Below are positions 13,654 to 25,890 of a DNA stretch of 64,000 nt, piece after piece. The stretch comes from Chiloscyllium plagiosum. Lineage: Eukaryota. Under the pieces are notes generated by a model, which was not told the DNA's origin, did not search any database, and saw nothing but the letters and a program-made list of their open reading frames with translations. The number at the start of each line of letters is the position of its first letter. The stretch's first letter is position 1. The stretch lies in the NCBI RefSeq assembly GCF_004010195.1, contig NC_057730.1, positions 38,795,920 through 38,859,919 on the forward strand, written 5' to 3'. The translations under genes were made by a program, and so were the position numbers.

Positions 13654-13790
13654 GGTGTTGGACTGGGGTGGATTAAAATCAGAAGTCAGAAGCCACATGA
13701 CTTTTTCAGGTGAAGGAGCAACGTTCCGAAAGCTTGTGATTGCAAATAAACCTGTTGGACTATAACCTGGTGTCATGTGACTTCTGACTT
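13654..13790. mobile_element. PLE family A-related small fold-back fragment with degenerate hammerhead
   Basis: ggtgttggactgggg...gaaggagcaacgttccgaaagctt...aataaacctgttggactataacctgg. Confidence 0.7.
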
Positions 13791-14049
13791 TAAAATAAAG
13801 TCACCACAGCTACCGATAGATTCACAAGTTAGTCATCAAACACCTTCAAACACACAGAAAGCCCAAATGCCACTAGTTCAAAATTCAAAAATGAATGATA
13901 TTAAAACAGATATAAATCAGTCACTTTGCACCATAAATGACAGTAAAGTTGGTGCTGTTCAAAAGGCAAGTAGGCTTTGAAAATATTTTTGGCATTTTTT
14001 GTGGATTTAAAGATTATGTATCTAATGTGTTTTGCAAAAGAGTCACTAA

Positions 14050-15500
14050 AAGCATATGGAAGATGAGAAAAAGATTTTTTCACACAGGGAATCGTTACTG
14101 ACGGTAGGTGTAGTCCAACTGCAGTATTCAACAGGACATTAGATAATTATTTAAATAGATACAGTGTACAGGGTTGTGGGGAAAACTCAGGAGGTTGGTA
14201 CTTAGCCAAAATGCTTAGCGAGCTGATACAGACAAAATGGGTCAAGTGACCTCATTCTGCCCCATAACAATTCAATGATTCAGTATATGTTATTTGTAGC
14301 ATTGATAAAGGAAAACCAGGAGATGCAGTGAACTTGAATGTTCAGAGGGCTTTTGACAAGGTCTTATACAGGAGGTTAATAAACTTAATGGGCATAAACC
14401 TTCATAACATTTAAAAAATACTTAATATACACTTGCGGTACCAAGCATATAAAGCTATTGGCAAAGTGCTGGAAAATGGGAGTAGAATAGTTAGATGGTA
14501 GTTTTTCACTGGTGTACCAATGAGCTGAAGGATCCGTTTCTCTGCTCTAGACCTCAATGAAACTAAAATTAGAGTTTGTGGAGTTGAAGATAATGCAATT
14601 ATATGGATTGAGAATTGGTTGATAGGAAGTTGAGAATAGGAATTAAAAAGGTTATGATCAGGATAACAGACTGTTACCAATAGGGTAGTGCAAGGATTAG
14701 TGCTAGAATCACAGCTGTTCATACGCTATGCGAATAATGTGGACGTGGGCACCAAATAATATATTTCTAAATTTGCTGCTGACAAAGAAACTAGGTATAA
14801 ATTGTGAGGAAGATACAAGGAGGCTTTGAGCTGATTTGGACAGGCTAAATGAATGGGCAAAACATGCCAGATGGAATACAATGTGGATAGATGTGAAATT
14901 AATCACTTGGTTGAAAAAAAGCAGAACAATTGAATATTTCTTTAGTGGAGAAAAGTTTGGAAGTGCTGGTGGCCAAAGGAATCCTGGTGTACTTTTTCAA
15001 TAATCACTAAAAGTTAGCAGGGAAGTACAGGTCATTCTGCTATAATGCACATTTCATTAGCGTGAATTTGCGATTAATGGATTGGGGATACTGCCAACAT
15101 TTTTAGCGCTGTTTCTAAAGTGCAATTTTTCTACATTGCATAAGGACGCTCCCGTCGTGTTAGAGAAGAACTACCTGGACACAAATCAAATAGTCCAGTA
15201 AATTGTATGATGACTTTTGTCGCAAATGGATTTGAGAACAGGAGAAAAGATTGCTTTCTGTAATTATGTGAAATCTTGGTGAGACTGCAACGATTGTGTT
15301 GTGTACAGTTCTGGTCTTTTTAACCAAGGAAGCTTATATTTGCCAGAGAGGGAGCACAACAAATGTTCACAGATTGAATCCTGGGATGACAGGATTTTTT
15401 TGAGGAGAGATTGAGGAATTTACTAGAGCTTTGAAGAATCAGAGGTGCTTGCATTGGAGCTTACAATGTTCCTACAGGGTATACAGAGTGATAACAAGAA
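14050..15500 (+). mobile_element. Old CR1 fragments
   Basis: Degenerate AFDKV, PQG.VL, SKFA, W QM.YNV..C and CVQFWS motifs. Confidence 0.7.
15028..15177. mobile_element. Tigger/pogo-like MITE inserted in the CR1
   Basis: Imperfect TIRs caggtcattctgctataa / ttagagaagaactacctg; TA precedes the left end; 150 bp. Confidence 0.55.
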
Positions 15501-15999
15501 ATCAAAATAGCTGTAAGGTCTTTATCCTTTTCTTTCCTCAAGGATGATACACATGTGACTTGCTGAACCATGCCTGCAGCATTTCTTCATCTGGGTTAAT
15601 ACACAGGGGCAATTTCTTTCTCCACAGCACAGTGGTAAATCAGTCATGAAAATTGTAATATGGCTACTGACACGACTGATAGGACCCAGTGTAATTGAAG
15701 AGAACAGCATTTCATTCCCCACTGAGGGAATCAAAGTACAAACTGCAAAGGTTTTCCTCTGTTTTTCAATTTAAAACAAAGCTCTTTCACCCAAGCATAT
15801 CAAAGGTAGCTATTGTTTAGGAAAAAATATATGATTTTATGGATCGGTGATATTTGGCAGGAGATTTTTCACAGAACAAATGTCCCCACTGAAATTGAAG
15901 TGATCATTGCAATGATATGATGCATTGAGCTTACTCCCATGGTTCACCTTATGGAGTAACATAATCTGGTTCTGTTAAGTACTCTGACACACTGAGGCC

Positions 16000-16215
16000 A
16001 ATCCTGTCTATTTGCCGCATCTGTTAGTGAACAGCAGACAACTACTTTATTCCCCTAAAATCACAAAAAAAATGCATCATCTAGCTATCATCACATTTGT
16101 TATTCATGGGACCTTGCTGGGTGTAAACTGGTTGCCGCATTTCCTACGTTGTTGCTTAATTGTTTTGCAATGGCCTGAGGCTGTGCAAAATAGAATATAA
16201 ATGCAAATCTTTCTC
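16000..16215 (+). mobile_element. Deu-domain SINE 3' part
   Basis: tcacatttgttattcatgggaccttgctg...aactggttgccgcatttcctac...atataaatgcaa. Confidence 0.55.
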
Positions 16216-16334
16216 TTTTTGGTACGTTGGTGTCACCCTAGTTTTTCTAAACAGTTAAGTGTCTTCATTAATGTTACAGACAAAATAATATGAATGTGCT
16301 CAGTGACAGTGCTCAAATGAAATATTATTGCATG

Positions 16335-16910
16335 GGTTATCGGAAGGATGTTGTGAAACTTGAAAGGGTTCAGAAAAGATTTACAAGGATGTTGCCAGGG
16401 TTGGAGGATTTGAGCTATAGGGAGTGGTTGAATAGGCTAGAGCTGTTTTCTCTGGAGCATCGGAGGCTGAAGGGTGACCTTATAGGGGTTTATAAAATCA
16501 AGAGGAGTATGGATAGGTTAAATAGACACTTTGGGGTGTCCAGAACTAGTGGGCATAAGTTTAGGGTGAGAGGGGAAAGATATAAAAGAGACCTAAGGGG
16601 CAACCTTTTCACACAGAGGGTGGTGCATATATGGAATGGGCTACCAGAGGATGTGGTGGAGGCTACTACAATTACAACATTTAAGAGGCATTTGGATGGG
16701 TATATGAATAGGAAGGGTTTGGAGGGATATGGGCCGTGTCTGGCAGGTGGGACTAGATTGGGTTGGGATATCTGGTCAGCATGGACAGNNGAGGGATATG
16801 GGCCGGGTGCTGGCAGGTGGGACTAGATTGAGTTGGGATATCTGGTCGGCATGGACGGGGTTGGACTGAAGGGTCTGTTTCCGTGCTGTACATATCTATG
16901 ACTCTATAAC
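16335..16910 (+). mobile_element. CR1/HER1 3' end
   Basis: YRKDVVKLERVQKRFTRMLPGLE...FTQRVVHIWNGLP; ctctatgactctat tail. Confidence 0.95.
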
Positions 16911-17204
16911 TACAGAGAAGTACTTTGCAATGTGCATTATTTAAAACCGTGAGCAAACAGGTTGCCTCTGTTATACAATCCTAACTGTGCTGGGGAATCA
17001 GGAATATCACAGAGCCAAGGGTAGATACTTGGGGGGAAGCCATCATTTATTAATCAAGTATTTAGTGTCACCAAATCCATATAACTCAAGGACACTACTT
17101 TCATAAGCTGATCAATGGTATGAAAATTGTTGATGTTTTCCTTTTATTGAGGGGTGAAATTTCACCAGATGACTCCAGGTGACTGACAACATTTTTATAT
17201 GGGA

Positions 17205-18045
17205 ACCTTTGGCCGAGGAGTGGCAGATGAAGCTTAATTTAGATAAATGTGAGACGCTGCATTTTGGAAAAGCAAACCAGGGCAGGATTTATATACTTAA
17301 TGAGAAGATCCTGGGGAGTGTTGCTGAACAATGAGACTTGGAGTGCAGGTTCATAGTTCCTTGAAAGTGGAGTCGCAGGTAGACAGGATGGTGAAGAAGG
17401 TTTTTGGTATGCTTGCCTTTATTGGTCAGTGTATTGAGTACTGGAGTTGGGAGGTCATGCTGCAGCTGTACAGGATGTTGGTTAGGCCACCTTTGGAATA
17501 CTGTGTTCAATTCTGGTCTCCCTTCCATAGGAAAGATATTGTGAAACTTGCAAGTGTTCAGAAAAGACTTACAAGGATGTTGCCATGGTTGGAGGGTTTG
17601 AGCTATATTTGAGAGGCTGAATTGACTGGGATTATTTTTGTGGCAGCATCAGAGGCTTAGGGTTCATAGAAATTTATAAAATCATGAGTGGCATGGATGG
17701 GGTGAATAACCAATGTATTTTTTTCTGGGATGGCACAGTCCAAAACTAGAGGGCAAAGATTTAAGGTGAGAGAGGAAAAATTTAAAAGGGGCCTCAGAGG
17801 CAATGATTTCATGCAGAGAGTTGTGTGTGTCAGTAATGAGCTGCCAGAGGAAGTGGTGGAGGCTGGTACAATTACAACATTTAAAAGGCATTTGGATGTG
17901 TATATGAATAAGAAGGATTAGAGGGAAATGGGACAAATGCTGGCAAATAGGACTAGATTAATTTAGGATATCTGGTCAGCATGGATGAGCTGGACCAAAG
18001 GGTCTGTTTCCGTGCTATACAGCTCTATGATTCTATGATTCTATA
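17205..18045 (+). mobile_element. CR1/HER1 3' fragment
   Basis: LGVQVHSSLKV...LVRPPLEYCVQFWSP; (ttctatga)n tail. Confidence 0.92.
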
Positions 18046-18383
18046 AGCCTGGTGAGTAAAAGAGAAAGAAATTCTCTCTGGTGTGAGTACTGTAAAGGAG
18101 TATTGTTGGGATTAATGGGTTTGTATTTTACCATGTGTTTTGAAATTGTTCCTTTGTGTAATGTGTAAGTGGATTGTAATCTTGCTAAACATTATCTTCA
18201 TATCTTTTGTGTAATAAGCTTAAGTTTTATGGTTAAACTTGAATCTGCAACCTTGCATGTTTATGTTTCAATGAGTGACAGCTCCATTAATAGCAAAAGA
18301 AAAATTAAAATCTAACCCACCAAGCCAAGTTTCAACCTGGAATCTGATGTGTCCTGTAGCATAATCAACTGGGATCATGATAC
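18046..18383 (-). mobile_element. Fragment of an LTR-like repeat related to 41674-42510
   Basis: Reverse complement begins tgtatcatgatcccagttg...cagattccaggttgaaacttggcttg, similar to tgctatgatcttagctg...cagatcccagaatgaaacctggcttg. Confidence 0.45.
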
Positions 18384-18539
18384 AATGAGTGATCCACAAC
18401 TAACTCAAATCTATTGAATCCTGTCTAGTTGGTTGCACCCAATGCTGCACTACTTTAACATGGTGATGATGATATTCCTCTTGCTCAATATCCTCCTCTC
18501 TTGGAAGACTGCTCTTCAACATCCTGTCACATTCCCTGT

Positions 18540-19180
18540 TTTCCGACTCTAGTTGTGTAGGAACAGCATGAAAGTATTATGCAGTACTGTTTGTTTGGCT
18601 GCTCAAAGAATGGACAACCATGTATCATCAGTTGACCTCAGTCAGGGCGTTATGTGATGGATTCATCCTCCATGGCTGCAGAAGGTAGCCCTTGTCTCCC
18701 AGTTAATATCCTTGTAAGGCATCCAACCCTTGAAGCAAAGCAGGAACATAGGACTTCTCAAAGATCCAGAAATCATGGCAGGTGCCAGGGTACCGGGCGC
18801 AGACCTCTATTTTGTAGCATCGATTGTCACAGGTGACATGTACATTGATAGAATAGAAGCCTTTTCAGTTCATGATGTCAGCCATGTTATGATATGCTCC
18901 TGTCAACACAGCGTGTGTGCACAGGCTGCAGTGCCCTGCAGCTGGGGAAGGTTGGCTTGCTCTACTGCCCAGGCTGCTGGATTGACCATGTCACGGGGAA
19001 ATGAGATGAAATGGTGGGATTGTGCACAAATTGCATCAGTCGCACCCTTGGTACATTCATGGGCTGGGGATTGAGAGACCCCACACAGGTTCCCAATGTG
19101 TCCTTGGAAGCAGCCAGTTACATAAAAACTTCAGGAGCTGTCACCGTGACAATTGTTGGGCTGGGATGGCAGGTCCCACT
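18540..19180 (-). pseudogene. PIF/Harbinger (HARBI1-like) DDE transposase relic
   Basis: Manual translation across frames gives ordered motifs FYVTGCFQGHIGNLCGVSQSPAHECTKGATDAI, FPQLQG, N*KGFYSINVHVTCD, VCARYPGTCHDFWIF, LGDKGYLLQPWRMNP, IILSCC..HN. Confidence 0.85.
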
Positions 19181-19331
19181 CCAGTAGGATAAGCTCTGCT
19201 GTGGTTGGATCAGTTGGCCAAAGTTCCCAATCATCCTGTGTGGAGAATGTCGGTTAAAGAGCAGGTCCTTAGTAATGTGAACAGTTAGCATTTACATCAA
19301 ACACAAGTAACTGTTCAGCATAACTCTTGAT

Positions 19332-19506
19332 TTGGAGGTGCTGGTGTTGGACTGGGGTATTACCTTTATAAAGTTAAACATCCCACAATAAACCAGATTA
19401 TAGTCCAACAGGTTTATTTGGAAGCACTAGCTTTTGGAGTACTGCTCTTTCATCAGTTGGATGTCCACCTGATGAAGGAGCAGTGTTCCAAAAGCGTGAT
19501 TTTTAA
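19332..19506. mobile_element. PLE family A fold-back insertion (older)
   Basis: TSD cagcataactcttgat at 19316-19331 and 19507-19522; cttcatcag-like arm then cctgatgaaggagcagtgttccaaaagc. Confidence 0.85.
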
Positions 19507-20349
19507 CAGCATAACTCTTGATACAGCGAGACATGGAGCACTCAGCAAAGGCAATCATGAGATGACTTCGGCATGGTGGAACTTATTGCAATGTGTGCAG
19601 CACAAGTCATGTCTTACAAAGACAGTAAGCGAGTGTATGTGTGGTGGGGTTAATGAAGTCTTGTCCCACATCACACAAGAAAGTCAACTTTGCATATAAG
19701 AGCATGTTAGTGAACCCTTACAGTGCAAAGTGAGCAGATATCAGCTCTGCACCATTCTGCAGCCTTTGAAACTGGATTATCTTCTGAACTGTAGATCCTA
19801 GGTGCCACTTTCAAGGTTACCTGTGATGACTTCTGCTTAGCCGAGATGACTGTGCTCAATCTGTACTGACCACTGACATGATCAGGATCACTTGTGGCCA
19901 GGAGTTGTACCCACACAGCTGGGCACTGAATGCAGTGTGAATTACAGATGCCTTTAAGCTGCAGTGTGTAAGTGCCTGATTAAGGTAATTGTCCATTGAA
20001 GGGCCTCGCATCAATTACAATCTGTGTTCTCTTTCTGATATTGCCCACATAAGATTATTGTGACCATCTTGAATGGATTCAGCAAACCAAGCTGGATGGT
20101 ACCAGCACCACCACAGTAATACAAGGACAATCCTGATGCACTGAAGGTGTCAGTAAAGCCCAGGAGCAGCAATAACCTTCAGCCCCCTGCCACATTATGC
20201 AACTGTTCATAGAATCATCAAGGATGTGGAGGAGCTTTTGAAAACCAAGAATTGTACTGACCCTGAGTCGATTCCTCTAGATAATTGAAGCTCAGTGCAG
20301 AATGAGCTTAGGACAGAAAAGAACTGGCATCTGCTGCTCTCTCAAGAAA

Positions 20350-20720
20350 TGAGTGGCCATTCTATCCCAGTGGCTGCCAAGGTGACATCAGTGTTTGCTC
20401 CTAATGTCCAACCTAGCATCCATTATGATCTCTGTCGAAGCTCCCAATCTTCAAGCCACAAAGGTATCAAGGACCTTGCAAATTCAATTGTACAAGGTCA
20501 CATTGTTTCATTTATTTCATCCAAGGTGAAGAAAAATACACACCAGGGAGTGCTACAGCCTAGGTAATGGGATTTGCAAACAGCATTGGCTTCTCCCAGG
20601 AGTAGGCCACCATATATACACACGCATCATATTGAGAGAGCTATATTATCAGGTGGTTGAATTCATTAATAGAAGATGGGCCCACTCAATCAAAGCCTGA
20701 CCTCTCTGCGAGGTCTGAGC
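20350..20720 (+). pseudogene. Second Harbinger transposase relic
   Basis: HSIPVAAKVT...DLCRSSQSSSHKGIKD, GF..IGFSQ, FINRRWAHSI..LC match the HARBI1-type N-terminal half. Confidence 0.6.
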
Positions 20721-20828
20721 TTGGTAGCTGCCATGAGCATTAATATTTTAATAGACTTGATTCCAACATCTAAATTTCACCAGCCAGTGCTTAAAAACTC
20801 TATTCCAACCAGAACAATGCACCATGAT

Positions 20829-21054
20829 GTACAAAGTTAAAAATCACATGACACCAGGTTATAATCCAACAGGTTTAATTGGAAACACTAACTTTTGGAG
20901 CGCTGCTCCTTCACTAGGTGGTTGTCACATCTACCTGATGAAGGAGCAGCGCTCCAAAAGCTAGTGCTTCCAATTAAACCTGTTGGACTATAACCTGGTG
21001 TTGTGTGATTTTTAACTTTGTACAGCCCAGTCCAACACCGGCATCTCCAAATCA
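20829..21054. mobile_element. PLE family A fold-back insertion
   Basis: ~90-bp inverted arms around a ~15-bp spacer; + arm cctgatgaaggagcagcgctccaaaagctagtg (G12 to A); no clear TSD. Confidence 0.88.
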
Positions 21055-21109
21055 ATGAGGCAGAGTTTGAATGTTAATGTGGTGTTGGACCTCACCCATC
21101 CTTGAATGG

Positions 21110-21222
21110 GTCTGAAATGATCCTTTGAACTCAAAATGTTAACTTGGTTTCTCTTTCCACAGATGCTGCCAAAACCTGCAGTTTCTCCAGCATTTTCCAT
21201 TTTTATTTCAGATTTCCAGCAA
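21110..21222 (+). mobile_element. Old PLE-type terminal fragment related to family B
   Basis: aaaatgttaact...ccacagatgctgcc...tttctccagcatttt...cagatttccagca. Confidence 0.5.
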
Positions 21223-21780
21223 GTACTTCAGTAGGATGAACCTTTGATTCCTGACTAGTGCACTCATGAATGAGTAAGTGAGTGCTCGTAAGTTGGAATA
21301 TAAATGGAGGCAAGGGCTTCTCACAAGGTGTTCCCAATAACTTTGCAATCTGCAATCTCCTAAGCAAAATGAGAAGTATTGGTTGCAGTCATAAGCACGA
21401 GAGTTGAAAGATGTGTGAAATCAGTGGCTATCTAGGATGGCTTTCTCAGAGATAAGCAATGCATCATCACTACAACTTATATCTTCCCTGGGATGCACAA
21501 AGAGGCTGCATAACTCTGACACTGTATTCAGTTAACCAGGGCCTACAGCTAAACTAAGTCAAGCAGACAGCTAAGCATTGAAAGCGCGTATATGTACAAA
21601 TGTGTGATCCTATTAACAATGCAGTGACAGTCATGCCCCTATATGCTGGGGACAGAGGATTTTCTTTCTCCTTGCTCAGACACAATGTACAGGTACAATC
21701 CCAGGCACTGTCACATGGATGGACAAAGCCTGCTTTGTAATGGAGCCTGTTGGCCTTGAAGATTGGCCAGGTGACCCAGG

Positions 21781-22581
21781 TAAAAACAATGATTGCAGAT
21801 GCTGGAAACCAGAGTCTAGATTAGAGTGATGCTGGAAAAGCACAGCAGTTCAGGCAGCATCTGAGGAGCAGTAAAATCGACGTTTTGGGCAAAAGCCCTT
21901 CATCACGAATACAGGCAGAGAGCCTGAAGGGTGGAGAAATAAATGAGAGCAGGGTGGGGGTGGGGAGAAAGTAGCATAGAGTACAATAGGTGAGTGGGGG
22001 AGGGGATGANNNNNNNNNNNNNNNNNNNNNNNNNNNNNNNNNNNNNNNNNNNNNNNNNNNNNNNNNNNNNNNNNNNNNNNNNNNNNNNNNNNNNNNNNNN
22101 NNNNNNNNNNNNNNNNNNNNNNNNNNNNNNNNNNNNNNNNNNNNNNNNNNNNNNNNNNNNNNNNNNNNNNNNNNNNNNNNNNNNNNNNNNNNNNNNNNNN
22201 NNNNNNNNNNNNNNNNNNNNNNNNNNNNNNNNNNNNNNNNNNNNNNNNNNNNNNNNNNNNNNNNNNNNNNNNNNNNNNNNNNNNNNNNNNNNNNNNNNNN
22301 NNNNNNNNNNNNNNNNNNNNNNNNNNNNNNNNNNNNGTGGATAGGTGGAAAAGGAGATAGGCAGGTAGGACAGGTCATGGGGACAGTGCTGAGCTTGAAG
22401 TTTGGAATTGGGGTGAGGTGGGGGCAGGGGAAATGAGGAAACTGGTGAAGTCCATATTGATGCCCTGGGGTTGAAGTGTTCCGAGGTGGAAGATGAGGTG
22501 TTCTTCCTCCAGGCATCTGGTGGTGAGGGAGCGGCGGTGAAGGAGGCCCAGGACCTCCATGTCCTCGGCAGAGTGGGAGAG
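21781..22581 (-). mobile_element. 5'-truncated Penelope-like element, family B (GIY-YIG C-terminus, 3' UTR, terminal repeat)
   Basis: Minus ORF LEEEHLIFHLGTLQPQGINMDFTSF; terminus gtgatgaagggcttttgcccaaaacgtcga; TSD ggtgacccagg at 21770-21780 and 22582-22592; spans a gap. Confidence 0.88.
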
Positions 22582-23204
22582 GGTGACCCAGGGGCTGTTT
22601 GGAGATGGAGGACCAAGCCATATGGAGAGTGTCCTGCACAGACACGGTATCCTGCTTCTCAGCTGTATCTTTCACAGGCAGGCTGTGACTGAAAGGCAGG
22701 ATGGACGCACAGGAGACGTCTGGGGGATCCTGTGTATGTGGCACCAGCCTGTGTCCTTGAGAGGTAGGGGCAGCTGGAGTGAGATCAAGGTCTCTCATGC
22801 CCATGTCTCCTTGATGATCATTCCGAGTACCAGTGGCTGAAACAATGGAGTGGAGCTCTGTTGCATTTCTGGCTGCCACTGAGTGTTCTGCAGGACCTGT
22901 TTTTCCATGATATTCACAGAGACAGCCAGATACGAGCATGTCGAAGTCAACAGCATGGTTCTGATAACATTGGTGGATTCCTCCCATCTTAAGTCCATGT
23001 GATTTTAGTGCGTGTTTAGCCAACCTCCCATGCTGCTCTTGTTGCTGCCTGTGCATTTGCACAAAGTCATGAAGGGCTGACACCATGGGGACCTCCTCTC
23101 TGTGCTGAGGCTGAGGGATACCTGAGCTCCAGTGGTATTCTGCGTGCCAGAGTCCTCAGGCAGTGGTAGTGATGTGTTCACTAGACTATGCTCCTGCATC
23201 TAAT

Positions 23205-23465
23205 GAGCGATTGAGTGACAGAGGGATTGAGGGATTGAGGAACTGAGAGATTGAGTGCCTGAAAAACTGAGGGAATGCAGGACTGAGGGACTGAGTTACT
23301 AAGGGATTGAGTTACTAAGGGATTGAATGACTGAGGGACTGTTGGCCTGAGGGGCTGATGGAGTGGAGATTGATGGGCCGAGAGACTGAGAGACAGAGGG
23401 ACTGAGGGGCTGAGGGTTTGAGGAACTGAGGGATTGAGTGACTGTATAACTGAGGGACTGAGGAC
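23205..23465. repeat. Degenerate 8-bp tandem repeat (actgaggg)n
   Basis: Repeated ctgaggga/ttgaggga units. Confidence 0.85.
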
Positions 23466-23849
23466 TCTACACCAGCCTCAAGACATCCCCGTGCCACTAC
23501 TGCTCTCAGACCAACTCACACACCACTTCAACTGTTCAGCGTTTGACATTGGAGACCTGGGGCACCCATGACTTGATACTGCCCAGGCTGCTGTGTGTCC
23601 ACTTCATGTATCTGCACAGCACATATCTGATGGCCTTTAACTTCACATTTGAATGCTCACTCACTTAGAGGCTGCCAGCCACTGTGCCTTGCATTACTCA
23701 GCCAGCACAAAGGGATAGATGGGCTGCTTGTCTCAGTTGGGAGCACCCAGCAATCAAGGGGGTGGACATGTTGCTATGCAGCACTGAGCTACATGAACAT
23801 CCCACCTGCAGCATTGGCAGCAGATTATGTGGGAAACACACTGCAAATG

Positions 23850-24280
23850 CTTCAAGCAAGTGGGCATTTCTGAAATTCAAAGGGGAGCAGTCTTTAGTGG
23901 AGTTGAGGGTGAGTATCGTTTGTCAAGAGATAAAGTCGCACTGTGTCAAGGAGGTCACTGATTCCAGTCCAGAGCATTAGCCCCAGTCAGTCAGGATGCT
24001 GTGGAGTTATCAGTCCAAGGGATGGGTCCCAATCAATCAGAACTTTCCTGACAAGTCAGTCTGGGCAAGCCAGTATCTATCTGCTCCTTCACAGTGACAG
24101 GAGATATCAGCAGGCAGCTGGTGCACTGAGGATGTCATTATGCAATCCACTGGCTGTTTTCTAGGCTGTTGATACCATTTGAATCCACCTTGGTGTCACC
24201 TTCTACTGGAAAGACATGTGTCTCATCTTTCCCCTAGCAGTCGGCTATGAAGACTGGAGTTTAGTGTCTCAACACATCCA
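23850..24280 (+). pseudogene. Possible third, very decayed Harbinger transposase relic
   Basis: HCVKEVTD and LLHSDRRY.....RMSLCNP (compare LLGDKGY..WLMTPLRNP) occur in the expected order. Confidence 0.35.
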
Positions 24281-25029
24281 GATTCCCACATCTATTCCAC
24301 CTTCTAAAGCAAACTCAGGGTCAATATCTGAGCTGGTGATTACAGGAGTCAGACCAGCTGCTGAGGTTCTTCACTACCTGTGACCTGCTCCTCCTACACC
24401 CTTCCACACCAGTGGTGGATAGCTGCTGGTATGTGGGTCTCCAATGGGACAATGGCACAAGGACCATTACTGTGAGGAAATAGAGAGTAGGAGGTGTGTG
24501 TTCCACCATGTGCACCTTATATGCAGAGTGTATTTCAGGATGTGGGGCAGTAAGAGGGCAGAAGATGGATTCGGCAGAAATGTACCATCACCGTCTACAG
24601 GTTCAAATCCATTGTTAGACACAGCCTCAGTCATGAGCATTCTGATGGTTGCCAGAGCCACTTTCCCGTAACAGAAGGGCACACCATTTGGGGTATATCT
24701 CCCAATGACTGGTGGTAATGCCCCACATTGTCTTGAACAAGGGAGGGAATTATGTCTGAGCACAACACAACGTTTACCTGTTGTGCCTGTTGGCTGACAA
24801 CATGTGCAATCTGAGAGATCTTACTGTAGTCTGTCAGGATGTGCAACTGAGGCTATAAATGTGAGATATTCGATGTGCCTGCTAAAGGCGAGTGAAGTGA
24901 CTGAAGGGCATGTAGTGAATGGAGCAATGTTTGAGGCAAGTTATTCACTTGTAAGCTGATGGCATTCACTGTCCTTATTTCGTGGAGGTAGTCAGGAGGG
25001 AAAGGGTAGTGGCATAATAGGTAGCAATC

Positions 25030-25560
25030 AGCAGGAGCTTTCCTTGCACATGTCTGACCTAATGCCAACTAGATGTCCTGGATCCTGAATTAATCCTCCA
25101 GAGGAATCCTCCTGACTATGTTCTGCCAAGTGCCACAGAACACAATCAGGAATGCGAATGGTAGTGTCATTGTAAGGTATGGTTCAGTGAACAAGATTAT
25201 GTCAGGCTGTTGCTTGAATTATCTGTCGAACATTGCTGTTTCCAGTGCCTCAGTTTGATATCAGGTACTGCATCAATTTTCCATACAGTTGAGTGCCTTA
25301 GGACAGTTAAGAGTCAGCAACATTGCAGTGGGTATGCAGTCAAATGTGGGTTAGGGACAGTCGATTAACTTTCACAAAGAAGCATTGGTGAATCAGATGG
25401 GTTTTTATGGTGATGCAATAGTTTTATTATTGAAATTAGCCTTTAATGCTGGATTTATTCATAAATTGACATTAAATTGAACTAGTTGCCATACTGGGAT
25501 TTAATCCCATGACCCCAGAAAATTAGCCTGGGGCCTCTGTCTTACTAGCTCAGTACCATT
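25030..25560 (-). mobile_element. CR1/L2-group LINE 5' fragment (APE endonuclease N-terminus)
   Basis: Reverse complement translates KQQPDIILFTEPYL. Confidence 0.55.
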
Positions 25561-25779
25561 ATCATCGCACCATCCGCTCCCAATGTTATTGTAGTGTCTG
25601 TCTGCTCCTGTTGGAATAAGGCCACTCTCTTCCCTTTGACCTCATGCGTCCAGTGCTGTGGCAGAGGAATGCTGGAGCACAACATCGCTTATCTGTCGGT
25701 CCACTTACACTGTTGTTCCTGCTCAGCGACTCTTCTACAACCATTTGCAGTCAACGTTGCATCAACAAAACACCTACAC

Positions 25780-25890
25780 GTTCGAGAGGTGCAGCCAGGT
25801 TTCAGGTGGTGTAGCTCAGTTGTAAATTGTGCTGACGTTGCATGAACCTGGGCAGCCCCGGTGAGGTGTGCCACCTCTGCACGTCATGGC
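25780..25890 (-). pseudogene. Possible Myb/SANT-like (Harbinger second ORF) relic
   Basis: AEVAHLTGAAQVHATSAQFTTELHHL matches the spacing of W.EVA..V.A.....RT..QC.KK..DL; convergent with the 23.9 kb relic. Confidence 0.3.

Noticed and set aside
16730-16860. Apparent tandem duplication of the CR1 3' UTR
   Set aside because: The two copies flank an NN scaffold join, so this is probably an overlap artefact.
21821-23086. 421-aa minus-strand ORF
   Set aside because: It spans a gap and joins an off-frame PLE fragment to flanking sequence; not a gene.
23205-23465. CRISPR-like or coding repeat
   Set aside because: Simple degenerate 8-mer repeat with no unique spacers, in a eukaryotic context.
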